Assembly (NCBI GenBank): GCA_965198225.1
Contig: CBDAOY010000008.1
Coordinates: 768,012 to 832,011, forward strand
Direction: 5' to 3'
Origin: Terriglobia bacterium
GTDB taxonomy: Bacteria; Acidobacteriota; Terriglobia; 20CM-2-55-15
Length of the DNA stretch: 64,000 bases
Shown: positions 44,766 through 54,739 of the stretch, piece after piece
Layout: each line of letters starts with the position of its first letter
Position numbering within the stretch: the first letter of the stretch is position 1
The notes under the pieces: model-generated
Seen by the model: only the letters and a program-made list of their open reading frames with translations
Told to the model about the DNA's origin: nothing
Database searches by the model: none
Made by a program: the position numbers and the translations under genes

Positions 44766-45629
44766 CTAATCGGTGGAATAGGCGACTTCCGCTCGCCTCA
44801 TCTTGAAGGCGGCGGCGGTCAGGACCAGCAGAGTCATCACGAAGAGACCGGGAACCGAGATCCAGGGGGAGGTGGGCTCGGTGATGACGGCCAGCGGGCC
44901 GAACGGCAACGGGACGGGGCAGATCGACTGCAGGTAGTGGATCACGCTGATCTTCTGCAGCGCGGCCGGCAGGAAGATGTTCCCCGATTCCCATCCGAGC
45001 GTCAGGACCGCCGGAATGATCGGGTTGCGGAAGAGGATTCCCATCAGCAGGAACACGGCGCCGTAACCGGCACAGGCCAGGAACGCCACCCCCGCATAGG
45101 TCAGGGCATGTTCGATCCCGGGTCCGTTGACGAAATGCGCTTCCATCGCGCGGGGCCCGGAGGCCATGAACATCAGGACGTAGCTGGCGAGGGCGCTCGC
45201 GACGAACAGGACGGACACGTTGAGCAGGCCGCGCAGGTACTTCCCGGTCATGATGACCTCACGTCGGACGGGTGCCAGCAAGTAGTAATGCAGCGTCTTC
45301 TCGAGCACTTCGCCCCGGAAGAGTTGGGTGAACACGCTGACGCAGCCGAAGAAAATGGCCAGCCGGAGGATATAGGATTGGAAGATGGCGGCGAAGACCA
45401 TGCTCAATTCGCCGACGTCTTCGTCCCCCGACTCGGCGCCGGCCACGACAGCGATGAGCAGCAGGAACACCGGACCCCCAGCGAGCAGGAATGCTGCGAT
45501 CCACCGCCGTCCCGCGAAACTTTTCCGCGCCTCGAACCGCGCGACCGCCAGGGTCTGCCGGGTCCAGAGGTTCCAGGGGAGCGCTTTGAGCCGGTCGAGG
45601 TAGGCGTTTGCTGTTTCGGTTGAACTCAC
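44766..45629 (-). CDS. ABC-2 family transporter permease
   Basis: 6 TM, ABC-2 topology; translationally coupled to the upstream ATPase. Confidence 0.6.
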   Translation of the reverse strand: MSSTETANAYLDRLKALPWNLWTRQTLAVARFEARKSFAGRRWIAAFLLAGGPVFLLLIAVVAGAESGDEDVGELSMVFAAIFQSYILRLAIFFGCVSVFTQLFRGEVLEKTLHYYLLAPVRREVIMTGKYLRGLLNVSVLFVASALASYVLMFMASGPRAMEAHFVNGPGIEHALTYAGVAFLACAGYGAVFLLMGILFRNPIIPAVLTLGWESGNIFLPAALQKISVIHYLQSICPVPLPFGPLAVITEPTSPWISVPGLFVMTLLVLTAAAFKMRRAEVAYSTD

Positions 45630-46579
45630 GTCTGCGCTCCGTTGGTTCCCACGAGATAGTTGTAGACCGAATGAACGTCCTCGTCGGTCGGCGTCACCCC
45701 TTCGACGTTCAGCTCATCCTCGAGGACGACACGATTCAGGAGCAGGTAGAAGTCGTCCACGTTGCGGGTCCTGACGACGACGCCCCGGCCGTCGTCACTG
45801 ATCCTGGCCTCGACGACATGATCGTCGTCGAAGACCTTTGCGGCGATGACGGCGGGTCGGTCACAACGTACGAGGATGCTGATCGGATGTTCGTCCATCT
45901 CGTGCCGGACGCCCTGGATCTCCCCTTCGGCGACGACATAGCCGTGGCTCATCATCACGATCTGGTCGGAGATCATGTCCACTTCGTGCAGGATGTGGCT
46001 GGATACGATTACGTGCAGATCCCGGGCGGCAAGGTCCTGGAACAGCGCGGTAAACTCCGCGCGGGCCATCGGATCCAGACCGTTCAGGGGCTCATCCAGG
46101 ATAAGGACGGAAGGGTGGTGCGCGATGCCGGTCGCGAGCTTGATCCGCTGCCGCATCCCCTTGCTGTAAGAGGCGACGCGTCGATGAGCTGCATCGGTCA
46201 GGCCGACCTGCTCGATCGCGTCCCATGCCATGTCCTTGGTCTCCTGCGCTCCGCGACCGTGGAGCAGCAGCAGAGAATGGACAAGATCGAATCCGGTCAG
46301 TCCCTTCGGGAACGAATCGAACTGGGTACAGTAGCCGATCAGCCTGTAGAAACTCTCGGGCCCCGAAGGCGTCTGGCCGTGAACGCTGACGGATCCCTGC
46401 GTGGGTTGCAGCAACCCCGACACGAGATTCATCAAGGTCGTCTTGCCGGAGCCGTTCGGACCGACGAGGCTCGTGATCCCGGGCTTGATGGTCAGGTTGA
46501 TCTTGTTGACGCCGAGGACTTCGCCGTAGAACTTCGAGACGTTCGAGAAGACGATCTCCCGGCCCAATTCGGTACTCAT
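45626..46579 (-). CDS. ABC transporter ATP-binding protein
   Basis: Walker [13 protein letters not shown], signature [12 protein letters not shown], Walker [12 protein letters not shown]. Confidence 0.85.
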   Translation of the reverse strand: MSTELGREIVFSNVSKFYGEVLGVNKINLTIKPGITSLVGPNGSGKTTLMNLVSGLLQPTQGSVSVHGQTPSGPESFYRLIGYCTQFDSFPKGLTGFDLVHSLLLLHGRGAQETKDMAWDAIEQVGLTDAAHRRVASYSKGMRQRIKLATGIAHHPSVLILDEPLNGLDPMARAEFTALFQDLAARDLHVIVSSHILHEVDMISDQIVMMSHGYVVAEGEIQGVRHEMDEHPISILVRCDRPAVIAAKVFDDDHVVEARISDDGRGVVVRTRNVDDFYLLLNRVVLEDELNVEGVTPTDEDVHSVYNYLVGTNGAQT

Positions 46580-47445
46580 CGCACGACCTCATACGCGCGC
46601 ACCTTGCGTGAGAGCAGGAACAGGCTCACCGCCCACGCGATCGCCAGAGAAAGCCAGGCGCTCCACAACGGGAGCGGATAGTCCCGCGCGGCGACGACGC
46701 CCACAAACAGCCAGTGCCAGATCGCGTTCATGACCACGGGCAGCATCATCATCATGCCCCAGTCGGTGCGGAGAATCTCGTTGAACGCGCCGCCGAAGCC
46801 GGCCGCGACGAAGAAGACGCCGAACATCATGCCTGCCGCCACCGGTCTCCATCGCACCCAGGCCGACAGCGCCAGCGCGAGGAGCGAGATCGTCAGGATC
46901 CAGACCCAGGCTCCGGTGACGATCGCTCCGGCGACCCGGAGGTTCGCGAAGAACCACGCCGAGCCTTCGAGGCTGGACTGCATCAGGAACAGAATCATTC
47001 CGGGCACCCAGGTGATCAGCGAAAGCAGGAGGCCCAGGACCGCGAACTTCCCGAAGACGTACTCGCTTCGTGAGAACGGCCGGCTCAGGTAGAGGGGCAG
47101 CGCTCCGTTCGTGAGGTCGGGAGAAACCAGACTCGGGCCGACGTTGGCGGCCATGAAGAATGCCAGTGTGGACTGGATGCCCATGAGAACGGCGAAGAAC
47201 TCGGCGTTGATGGAGAGGATCTCCTCCACAGGGAGCTGGAACGCATTCAGGACGTCCAGGTTGTGCCGCAGGTAGATGATGAAGCCGCCGACCAGCATGG
47301 GGACATAGCAGAGGACGAAGTAGATGAGGGTCAGCCGCGAGGCAAACACCTGCCCGAACGCGTATCGGGTGAGCACCCAGAAACGCCATTTCGGTTGCGT
47401 CAGCGTGCCTTCGTATTCTTTGTATGTCTGCTTATAGACGGCCAT
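46576..47445 (-). CDS. ABC-2-like integral membrane permease
   Basis: 6-7 TM; stop overlaps the downstream ATPase start. Confidence 0.55.
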   Translation of the reverse strand: MAVYKQTYKEYEGTLTQPKWRFWVLTRYAFGQVFASRLTLIYFVLCYVPMLVGGFIIYLRHNLDVLNAFQLPVEEILSINAEFFAVLMGIQSTLAFFMAANVGPSLVSPDLTNGALPLYLSRPFSRSEYVFGKFAVLGLLLSLITWVPGMILFLMQSSLEGSAWFFANLRVAGAIVTGAWVWILTISLLALALSAWVRWRPVAAGMMFGVFFVAAGFGGAFNEILRTDWGMMMMLPVVMNAIWHWLFVGVVAARDYPLPLWSAWLSLAIAWAVSLFLLSRKVRAYEVVR

Positions 47446-48364
47446 TCGGTATGTCCATCGCTTTCAGGAAGATGTCCTGCAGGGAGTCTCGTTTATAGTC
47501 AAGCTTGCGGATCTGGACGCCCGTGTCGGCCGCCATCCGGTAGAGGTCGCGAACCTCGACTTCCTGAGGCAGGATCATCTTGACCTTGCGCGTGCCGTTG
47601 ACGGCCAGCTCGCAGCCCCGGCCTTCGGCGAGCCGGAGGAACGCAGCCGTGTTGCCCTTTGTTTCCACGTTCAGGAACTTCCTGTTGCTTCGCCGTTCTT
47701 CCTCGAGGTTGCAGTAAGTGACGATCTCTCCTTCCTTGAGGATCAGGACCTCGTCGCAGCACTCTTCAACGTCGCGTAACAGATGAGAAGACAAGAGTAA
47801 TTGGGTGTGTCCGCTGTCGCGGATGTTCCGTATGATCTCGAGCATCCGGGCCCTGGCATTGGCGTCGAGGCCGTTTGTCGGCTCGTCCAGAATCAGCATC
47901 CGCGGACCGTGCACGGTCGCCACGGCCAATTTGGCCATCTGCTTCATGCCGAGTGAATAGGTGCCGACGGGCCGGTAGCGCGCCTCGCCCAGGCCGAGGA
48001 AGAACAACGTTTCATGTGCGCGTTCGAGAGCTTCGTTCTTGGGCAAACCGGACAGTTCTCCCATCAGCCGAACGAGGCGGATGGCGCTCATACCGGCGAT
48101 GAACGCGTCGTTTTCCGGCATGTAGCCGATGTGGTGACGGACCTGGCGGACGTCGGTGCGGATGTCCATGCCGAGTATCCGGGCCGTGCCGCCGGAGGGC
48201 TCGTGGAACCCGAGCAGCGTCTGCATCAACGTGCTCTTGCCGGCACCGTTCGGGCCGAGCAGTCCGATCGCGCGTCCCGACATGGCCGCCTGGAGTTCCT
48301 TCAGGATCGGTCGTCCGCCGAAGGTCACCGACAAGCGGTCGAGTTCGATGTTTGGCGTTGCCAT
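47432..48364 (-). CDS. ABC transporter ATP-binding protein
   Basis: Walker [15 protein letters not shown], signature [12 protein letters not shown], Walker [12 protein letters not shown]; start trimmed to [13 protein letters not shown]. Confidence 0.8.
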   Translation of the reverse strand: MATPNIELDRLSVTFGGRPILKELQAAMSGRAIGLLGPNGAGKSTLMQTLLGFHEPSGGTARILGMDIRTDVRQVRHHIGYMPENDAFIAGMSAIRLVRLMGELSGLPKNEALERAHETLFFLGLGEARYRPVGTYSLGMKQMAKLAVATVHGPRMLILDEPTNGLDANARARMLEIIRNIRDSGHTQLLLSSHLLRDVEECCDEVLILKEGEIVTYCNLEEERRSNRKFLNVETKGNTAAFLRLAEGRGCELAVNGTRKVKMILPQEVEVRDLYRMAADTGVQIRKLDYKRDSLQDIFLKAMDIPNGRL

Positions 48365-48483
48365 CGGTAGCTTCGTCTCGCGGGGACGGTCATAGACCGC
48401 CCCCTCTTCTGTCAACCGTGCTTCTTCAGTCTCTAACATCATGCACTCACTGACAACCGACTACTGTCAACCGGCAATTTGGA

Positions 48484-51111
48484 TTACTGTTCGCTCCCCT
48501 GAACCTGCCGCAAAGTCTCCAGCAAACCGGTGAAGCCGCCCAGGGTGACCAGGTTGAATGCCAGTTCGCCCTGATTCGATGCTACGATCCGATCGTCTTC
48601 GGCCGCGACACACACCAGCGTCGGCGGTGTGTTCTCCACGGTTTCGCGGATGGCGGCGAGCTGGTCGTCGTCGAGCACATCGTCCGGCAACGGGACATAC
48701 TCGGCGACGCTCGAGATCATCGGCGTCATGTTCTGGTACAGGATGGCCGAGCAGTAGTTGGCGCCCCCTGCGGGCAGCAGGCTCTGGAACCCGGCGGAGC
48801 TCCCCAGCGTGTAGCGGCTCTGGTTGTACTGCAGCGCCTGCGTCACGAGGGCGCGACTGCCCGCCACGATCATGTAACCGCCCGAGTAGGTGTAGTGGAT
48901 CTCTGCGCCGTTCTCGAGCGCCGTAACGGTGTGGTAGATCTGTCCGCCGACCGATTCGGCGGTGATCGTCACGCCCTGCTTGCCTTCCGTTGCAGCAACC
49001 CGGCTCAGCTCGGCTCCGAGCCGCTCAATCGTGTTCTGCAATCGCGCCGAGTCGTAGACCTCGATTACGATCTTCCAGGACGGCGTCGGGAGCATCGGAC
49101 CGTCGATCGTCATCGCGAACTCGCCACCGAGCGGGGATGCGAGGTCGTACTGGATGTCGATCCCGTGTTCCTGCTGGAAGGTGATGATCTCGTTCCACGC
49201 CTCAGGGTCTATCGAGGAAACCGTGTCGAACAGCTCTCCGATGATCGACGCAGGATCCTTGGTCAGCCCCGCGGCGACTCCGAAGGTGTCCGGGGAGATG
49301 AAATCCAGTCCCCCCATCGGTGCAGCCTGCCCGATCCAGGACGCGACTCCGGTTCTCGACTGGTCGAAGCTCATGATCGCGCGGGTGGCGCTGCTCGCGC
49401 CGAGGACCTTGTAGTCCACGACGAGGTCGTTCAGGTCGTTGAGGCCGATTCCCCGGGGCACGTCGTCGATCTCTCCGCTGAGGAGTTGATCGAAGTCGAC
49501 GGCGAATAACCAGTCGGTGCCGTCGGCGTACGCCGCAGCGAGCGAGCCGTAGAACTCCGTGCCGGAAAAAGAACCATCCGGGTTGACGGCCGCGATGACG
49601 GCGGCTGGAGACGGCGAGAAGGCGAGCAGCCCGCCTTCCACATAGGCGATCGCCTCGGCGGTTCCGGCGTGCGCACCAAGATCAGCGGCGGCGGTCACGA
49701 TCCGGAGACCGTCCGGTTCGAGCGACGCGGCCAGCGCCGCGCGCAGCAAGATCACGACCTGTTCGGCGTCGGTGATCTCGGCCAGCAGGACGGGCTCCGG
49801 GTTATTGTTGCCGCCTGCCATGGCCACGACCACTTCGCTCCCGACGAGACTCGACAGCGCCCGAACCTGTTCGATCATCTGTTCGATCGACAGATGCCCG
49901 GACTCGGCGGCCTCCTGTGCAGATTCATTCCACCATTGCTGGATCACCGGATTCTCGTCGATCCGGCTGCGGAAGACGTCGTACGCACCCGTCAGCGTGC
50001 GTGCAACGTTCGGGAAGGAGGCGTACATCACCGTGTCGCCGGGCACACGTCCCAGCAAGGTCGACGAGTAGCGGAGCCCCTGAGAGGCGATTGCATCTCT
50101 CAATTCGTCGCGGGCGCTGGAGAACTCTCGCAGCAGGGCAATGTGGAGAGCCACCTCCTGGCTCCAGGCAATCTCCTGCTCGATAGGCACTTCAGTCAGG
50201 GTCTGGCTCGAGTTGAACTGCTCGCCCGGGAACAGTGCCGTAGCCGTCGCCCCGTGCTCGACGTTGACTTCGCCTTCTATTACTGAAACCCGGGCCCCCT
50301 TTGTTCCTTCACTGACGGCAAACACCGTGCCGACGACCGAGACGTCCACGTCATCGGTCGAGACGTAGAGATGCCCGTCACGTTGTTCCGCAGCGCGGAC
50401 GATAACGCTTCCACGGTCCAGTTGGATGCGGACGCCGTCGCTGGCAGCCGCCAACGTCATCTGCGATCGTTCCCGCATCTCGATCCGAGTGCCATCGGCG
50501 AGTTCGACGATCGCTCCCGAGTCGGTAGCGGTACGGACGGGTTCTCCTGCAGTGATCTCCGCTCCGGCCGAAATCGGCGTCAATTCCTGACCGGCCAGGA
50601 GGAACAGCTGTCCGCGGACAGTCTGGGCGGACGCGTGAACCTCGACGGGGAACAGCATCATGCGGACCAGATCGGCCTGCTGGATCCCGACGGCGAGCAT
50701 GAGTGCCGCGGCCACACCGATGGCCGCCCACTGCCAGGTGAGCAATCCGCCTCGGCTCTCTCTTCGAGCGCCGGAGGTGCTCGGCGCCGAAGAACGTGCC
50801 GCCGTCAACGCCTTCCGGCAAACGACGCACTCGTGGCTGTGGTCTTCCAGCAGCAGTGTTCTTGCCCGGCTCAACTGCCCCGCCAGATAGGCGGGGATCA
50901 ACGACTGGTAATCGGCACATCCTCGGATCGCTTCGGTTTCCGAACCTGCAAGGACCGGCTCGGGCCGGGATTGTTCAACCGCTTCTTCGGATATGCGTGC
51001 CCAAACGCGGGCAGCCGCCGCTTCGATGTCGGCGGGATCGGGACGAAGTTTCCGAACTTCGTCGACCGCACTTTTGAGCGCATGGGCGGGCTTCTGACGT
51101 TTGGACTTCAT
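48484..51111 (-). CDS. Anti-sigma factor: N-terminal zinc-finger (zf-HC2 type), one TM helix, FecR-like periplasmic domain, and a roughly 550-aa C-terminal domain of unknown function
   Basis: HSHECVVCRKAL (H-x3-C-x2-C); TM WQWAAIGVAAALMLAVGI; FecR-like ...GAIVELADGTRIEMRERSQMTL...; ATGA overlap with the sigma-factor gene. Confidence 0.6.
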   Translation of the reverse strand: MKSKRQKPAHALKSAVDEVRKLRPDPADIEAAAARVWARISEEAVEQSRPEPVLAGSETEAIRGCADYQSLIPAYLAGQLSRARTLLLEDHSHECVVCRKALTAARSSAPSTSGARRESRGGLLTWQWAAIGVAAALMLAVGIQQADLVRMMLFPVEVHASAQTVRGQLFLLAGQELTPISAGAEITAGEPVRTATDSGAIVELADGTRIEMRERSQMTLAAASDGVRIQLDRGSVIVRAAEQRDGHLYVSTDDVDVSVVGTVFAVSEGTKGARVSVIEGEVNVEHGATATALFPGEQFNSSQTLTEVPIEQEIAWSQEVALHIALLREFSSARDELRDAIASQGLRYSSTLLGRVPGDTVMYASFPNVARTLTGAYDVFRSRIDENPVIQQWWNESAQEAAESGHLSIEQMIEQVRALSSLVGSEVVVAMAGGNNNPEPVLLAEITDAEQVVILLRAALAASLEPDGLRIVTAAADLGAHAGTAEAIAYVEGGLLAFSPSPAAVIAAVNPDGSFSGTEFYGSLAAAYADGTDWLFAVDFDQLLSGEIDDVPRGIGLNDLNDLVVDYKVLGASSATRAIMSFDQSRTGVASWIGQAAPMGGLDFISPDTFGVAAGLTKDPASIIGELFDTVSSIDPEAWNEIITFQQEHGIDIQYDLASPLGGEFAMTIDGPMLPTPSWKIVIEVYDSARLQNTIERLGAELSRVAATEGKQGVTITAESVGGQIYHTVTALENGAEIHYTYSGGYMIVAGSRALVTQALQYNQSRYTLGSSAGFQSLLPAGGANYCSAILYQNMTPMISSVAEYVPLPDDVLDDDQLAAIRETVENTPPTLVCVAAEDDRIVASNQGELAFNLVTLGGFTGLLETLRQVQGSEQ

Positions 51112-51698
51112 GACTGACCTCCTACGAACGAGCGGAGCGATTTTCGGAGACTACTCCGCGCGCGAAACAGGGTGACCGCGATAGAGCCGGTCGAGGTGCC
51201 GAGCATTCCGGCGATGTCTCCATTGCTGTAGCCCTCGATGTGCCGCAGCACGAAAACTTCGGCGGCCCTCGGGTTCAAGTTCGAAAGAGCGCCGCGAAGT
51301 TTTTCGCCCAGTTCCGTACTCTTGTGCTGCCGGTACGGATCCGGCCAGGACTCTTTGATCCAGGGCTCCATCTCCGTGATCGAGACGCTGCGGTTCCGCT
51401 TCCGAACGAGATCGAGCGAAACGTTCACCGCGGCGCGGCGCAGGTACGGAGGCCAACCGCTTTTCAGATCCGGCGACGATTCCCTTCGGGCGAGCCGCAA
51501 AAAAAGCGTCTGCAGCACGTCCTCAGCATCGTTACCGTTGCCGGTGACCCGGTAGGCAGTCCGATAGACCAGGTCGTAATGGTCCATGAACACCTTCTCG
51601 AGGTCTTTGGACACCGGCTTCTGTTGTTGTTCGGGTTTCACACCAACTGATACGGTCATTTTCTCGTCTCCACACCATCTAACGACCTTGGTGTTCAA
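51108..51698 (-). CDS. ECF (sigma-70 family group IV) RNA polymerase sigma factor
   Basis: Region 2 (...DHYDLVYRTAYRVTGNGNDAEDVLQTLFLRL...) and region 4 (...EVFVLRHIEGYSNGDIAGMLGTSTGSIAVTLFRAR...); the true start may be MTVSV at about 51659. Confidence 0.8.
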   Translation of the reverse strand: MNTKVVRWCGDEKMTVSVGVKPEQQQKPVSKDLEKVFMDHYDLVYRTAYRVTGNGNDAEDVLQTLFLRLARRESSPDLKSGWPPYLRRAAVNVSLDLVRKRNRSVSITEMEPWIKESWPDPYRQHKSTELGEKLRGALSNLNPRAAEVFVLRHIEGYSNGDIAGMLGTSTGSIAVTLFRARSSLRKSLRSFVGGQS

Positions 51699-51728
51699 CG
51701 ATTAACAAGAAAATGCGCCATCTCCGGC

Positions 51729-52003
51729 CTAGTGGCCTGTAACAGTGCTATCGGTACCATCGCCGATGGGTCTTGCGGGCGAGGTCGAGGAGGGAGACGG
51801 AAAGCGATGCTCTTTCATCGGTGACGGCTTCCGACAAAGAGATCGCCCGCAACCCCCATCGGCCCGAAGGGTTCGGCGGAACGGCGCCGTCTTCGGTGTC
51901 GTAACGCCCTCGCAATGAAACAGCATTGGCTCGGGCGTCACTCCTAGAATCCGACGCCGTTCCGCCGAACGCTGGTACCGATAGCACTGTTACAGGTCAC
52001 TAG
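51729..52003. mobile_element. MITE copy C (reverse-complement, near-identical to copy A)
   Basis: CTAGTGGCCTGTAACAGTGCTATCGGTACCA...TGGTACCGATAGCACTGTTACAGGTCACTAG; spurious ORFs 51729..51941 and 51748..51987 mirror those in copy A. Confidence 0.75.
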
Positions 52004-52163
52004 TTCGTAGGAAGTATCAAGGTCATGCGTTTCCGCATGCAACCAGATTACGCCGGGCCGGTCGGGAAAGTTCAAGTTATTTGTATAGAGGGTTTTCGAC
52101 GACAGGGCTACACTTGTCCCCTCACCCTGTCCTTGCCTGAGCCGGGTCGAGCGGGAGGAACCA

Positions 52164-53048
52164 ATGGCAGGCCGCGTTCGAATCTTGGTGTCGAGACATG
52201 CCGCCTTCTACACCCCTTTGATCGTCACGATCGCGGGAGGCTTTCTCCGAGAGGAGGGTCTGGCTTCGACTTACGCCGTAAAGCCCGTGGATCGGGGCAC
52301 TTTCGACATTCTCGCAGCGGGCGAAGTCGATGTCGTACAAGCCGCGGTGTCCTCAAACTGGGCGCGGATGGAGAAGGGAGTCCCCGATCTCCCGGCACAT
52401 TTCGCCCAGATCAACCGTCGTGACGGGTTCTGGATCGCTGCCCGTGAGGCAGGATCGTTTGACTGGAAGGATCTGGAGGGGAAGAACCTGCTGGCCGATC
52501 ACGGCCCCCAGCCGATGGCCATGCTGCGGTACGCAGGGTCAGGGCAGGGGGTGGATTGGGACAAAGTGACCCTCGTCGACGCCGGCGGACCGGGCGACAT
52601 CGATGCCGCGTTCAGAGCAGGACAGGGCGATTTCGTCCACCAGCAGGGGCCGGCGCCCCAGCAACTGGAAGACGATGGGGTGGGCTACGTCGTCGCGTCG
52701 GTGGGGCAGGCCATGCCGCCCGTCGCCTTCAGCAGCCTGATGGCATCCCATGATTTCCTGAAGACCGCAATCGCAAAGGCTTTCATGCGGGCCTACCGAA
52801 GGGCGCTGGCCTGGCTCCAGAAGGCCACGGCGAGCACCATAGCGGCTCGGGAAGCGGCATACTTTCCCGATGTCCCGGCGCCGGTCCTCACTCGCGCGAT
52901 CGCGGCCTACAAAGAAATCGGTTGCTGGTCTGAGGATCCCGCAATCCCGGAGCCGGAGTACAATCGATCCCTGGATGTCTTCCTGGCTGCCGGCGCCATT
53001 ACGAAACGACATGCTTTCGGGGAAGTCGTCGTCCCCCCGCCTGGCTAG
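52164..53048 (+). CDS. NMT1/THI5-like (ABC substrate-binding-fold) protein without an obvious signal peptide
   Basis: Type II periplasmic-binding fold; N-terminus MAGRVRILVSRHAAFYTPLIV lacks a signal peptide. Confidence 0.55.
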   Translation: MAGRVRILVSRHAAFYTPLIVTIAGGFLREEGLASTYAVKPVDRGTFDILAAGEVDVVQAAVSSNWARMEKGVPDLPAHFAQINRRDGFWIAAREAGSFDWKDLEGKNLLADHGPQPMAMLRYAGSGQGVDWDKVTLVDAGGPGDIDAAFRAGQGDFVHQQGPAPQQLEDDGVGYVVASVGQAMPPVAFSSLMASHDFLKTAIAKAFMRAYRRALAWLQKATASTIAAREAAYFPDVPAPVLTRAIAAYKEIGCWSEDPAIPEPEYNRSLDVFLAAGAITKRHAFGEVVVPPPG

Positions 53049-53128
53049 GGTCTCAAGTAATAAATGAGACTAGTGCCTGCAAATACTGATACTACATTAT
53101 TTAAATCGAACACGGTGGAGTTGTCGAA

Positions 53129-54496
53129 GTGCCGATCGAATCATTGAACCCATACAGCGGTAAAACGATCAAGACGTATGAAGAGTACGCCCCGGATCGG
53201 GTAGACGAGATGCTTCGAGCAGCCGAGTCTGCCCACCGGAGTTGGCGTCAGAGCAGCTTCGACCAGCGTGGGGAGCCCATGAGGCGGGCCGGGGCGATCC
53301 TTCGGGACCGGAAGGAAGAATACGCCCGGCTGATTGCCTGCGAGATGGGCAAGCCTCTGGCCCAAGGCCGCGCCGAAGCGGACAAATGCGCCTGGGGGTG
53401 CGACTACTATGCCGAGAACGCGGCCGCTTTCCTCGAACCCGAAGAAGTGGCGACCGATGCGGTCCGAAGCAGGGTCGAGTTTGAGCCCCTGGGTGTCGTC
53501 CTGGCAGTGATGCCGTGGAATTTCCCGTTCTGGCAGGTGTTCCGGTTTGCGGCGCCTGCGATCATGGCTGGAAACGCAGCCGTCCTGAAGCATGCCTCGA
53601 GCGTTCCCGGCAGCGCGGTCGCGATCGAGGATGTGATGCGTGATGCCGGGTTCCCCGACGGGCTGTTCCAGACGCTCCTGATCGGCTCCGCGGCCGTCGA
53701 TCGCGTTATCGAGAACCCGATCATAAAAGCCGTCACGCTGACCGGCAGCACGCCGGCGGGAAAGGCCGTGGCTGCGAAAGCCGGTTCGGAGTTGAAAAAG
53801 ACGGTCCTGGAGTTGGGTGGAAGCGATCCGTATCTCATCCTCGACGAGTCCAGCCTGGAGGAGACGGCCGAAAACTGCAGCGCAGCCCGTTTGGTCAACG
53901 GCGGCCAGAGCTGCGTCGCAGCGAAACGTTTCATCGTTCTCGATTCGCTCCGGGAACGATTCGAAGCGTTGATGGTCGAGAAAATGAAGGGGTACATGAT
54001 GGGCGATCCTTTGGAGGACGGCGTTCAGATCGGTCCGCAGGCGCGCCATGATCTGCGTGACCAGCTTCACGACCAGGTCCGCCGCAGTGTCGATCTCGGG
54101 GCACGGGTGCTTCTGGGGGGCAAGGTGCCGCAGGTGGCCGGGGCGTTCTACCCGCCGACAGTGTTGGCGGGTGTCACGAAGGGCATGCCCGCCTACGACG
54201 AGGAGATGTTCGGTCCCGTCGCATCGGTGATTTCCGTCAAGGATGAGGACGAAGCGGTCCGCGTCGCAAACGACACCGTGTACGGTCTTGGCGCTGCCGT
54301 CTATACCAGCGATGAGGCCCAGGCCGAGCGAGTCGCTTCGAGAATCGAAGCCGGCTGCTGCTTCATCAACGGTTTCGTCCGCTCCGATCCGCGCCTGCCC
54401 TTCGGTGGGATCAAGCAATGCGGCTACGGCCGCGAGCTCGCCGCTTACGGCATCCGAGAGTTCGTCAACATCAAGACCATTTACCGGGTCAAATAG
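53129..54496 (+). CDS. NAD(P)-dependent aldehyde dehydrogenase (succinate-semialdehyde dehydrogenase-like)
   Basis: ...FEPLGVVLAVMPWNFPFWQV..., ...ELGGSDPYLIL..., catalytic Cys in ...GQSCVAAKRF...; GTG start. Confidence 0.8.
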   Translation: MPIESLNPYSGKTIKTYEEYAPDRVDEMLRAAESAHRSWRQSSFDQRGEPMRRAGAILRDRKEEYARLIACEMGKPLAQGRAEADKCAWGCDYYAENAAAFLEPEEVATDAVRSRVEFEPLGVVLAVMPWNFPFWQVFRFAAPAIMAGNAAVLKHASSVPGSAVAIEDVMRDAGFPDGLFQTLLIGSAAVDRVIENPIIKAVTLTGSTPAGKAVAAKAGSELKKTVLELGGSDPYLILDESSLEETAENCSAARLVNGGQSCVAAKRFIVLDSLRERFEALMVEKMKGYMMGDPLEDGVQIGPQARHDLRDQLHDQVRRSVDLGARVLLGGKVPQVAGAFYPPTVLAGVTKGMPAYDEEMFGPVASVISVKDEDEAVRVANDTVYGLGAAVYTSDEAQAERVASRIEAGCCFINGFVRSDPRLPFGGIKQCGYGRELAAYGIREFVNIKTIYRVK

Positions 54497-54508
54497 GGCC
54501 TTTGACGC

Positions 54509-54650
54509 GTTTGAAATTGGAGATTGCAGATTCGAGATTTGAGATTAGTTGCGGAGCCGGTCCCGGGAGCAGTCGGCCGTCTTGGTCCTGCCTTTACGTC
54601 TTTCAATGTCCGATTTCGAATCTCGAATGATGAAATCTCGAATAGCTGTT
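54509..54650. repeat. Low-GC inverted-repeat block (ATTGGAGATTGCAGATTCGAGATTTGAGATT ... TTCGAATCTCGAATGATGAAATCTCGAAT), related to the tandem repeat at 61562-62072
   Basis: Shares the ATTGGAGATTG...AGATTT block with the 220-bp repeat unit; intergenic. Confidence 0.35.
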
Positions 54651-54739
54651 TTCTTGCTCCCCGTTTACCGGAGTTTCAGTCCAAATACTTCATGTACACG
54701 ATGTAGGGTCCCTGGCCGATACTTTGGAGGGAATCAGGC

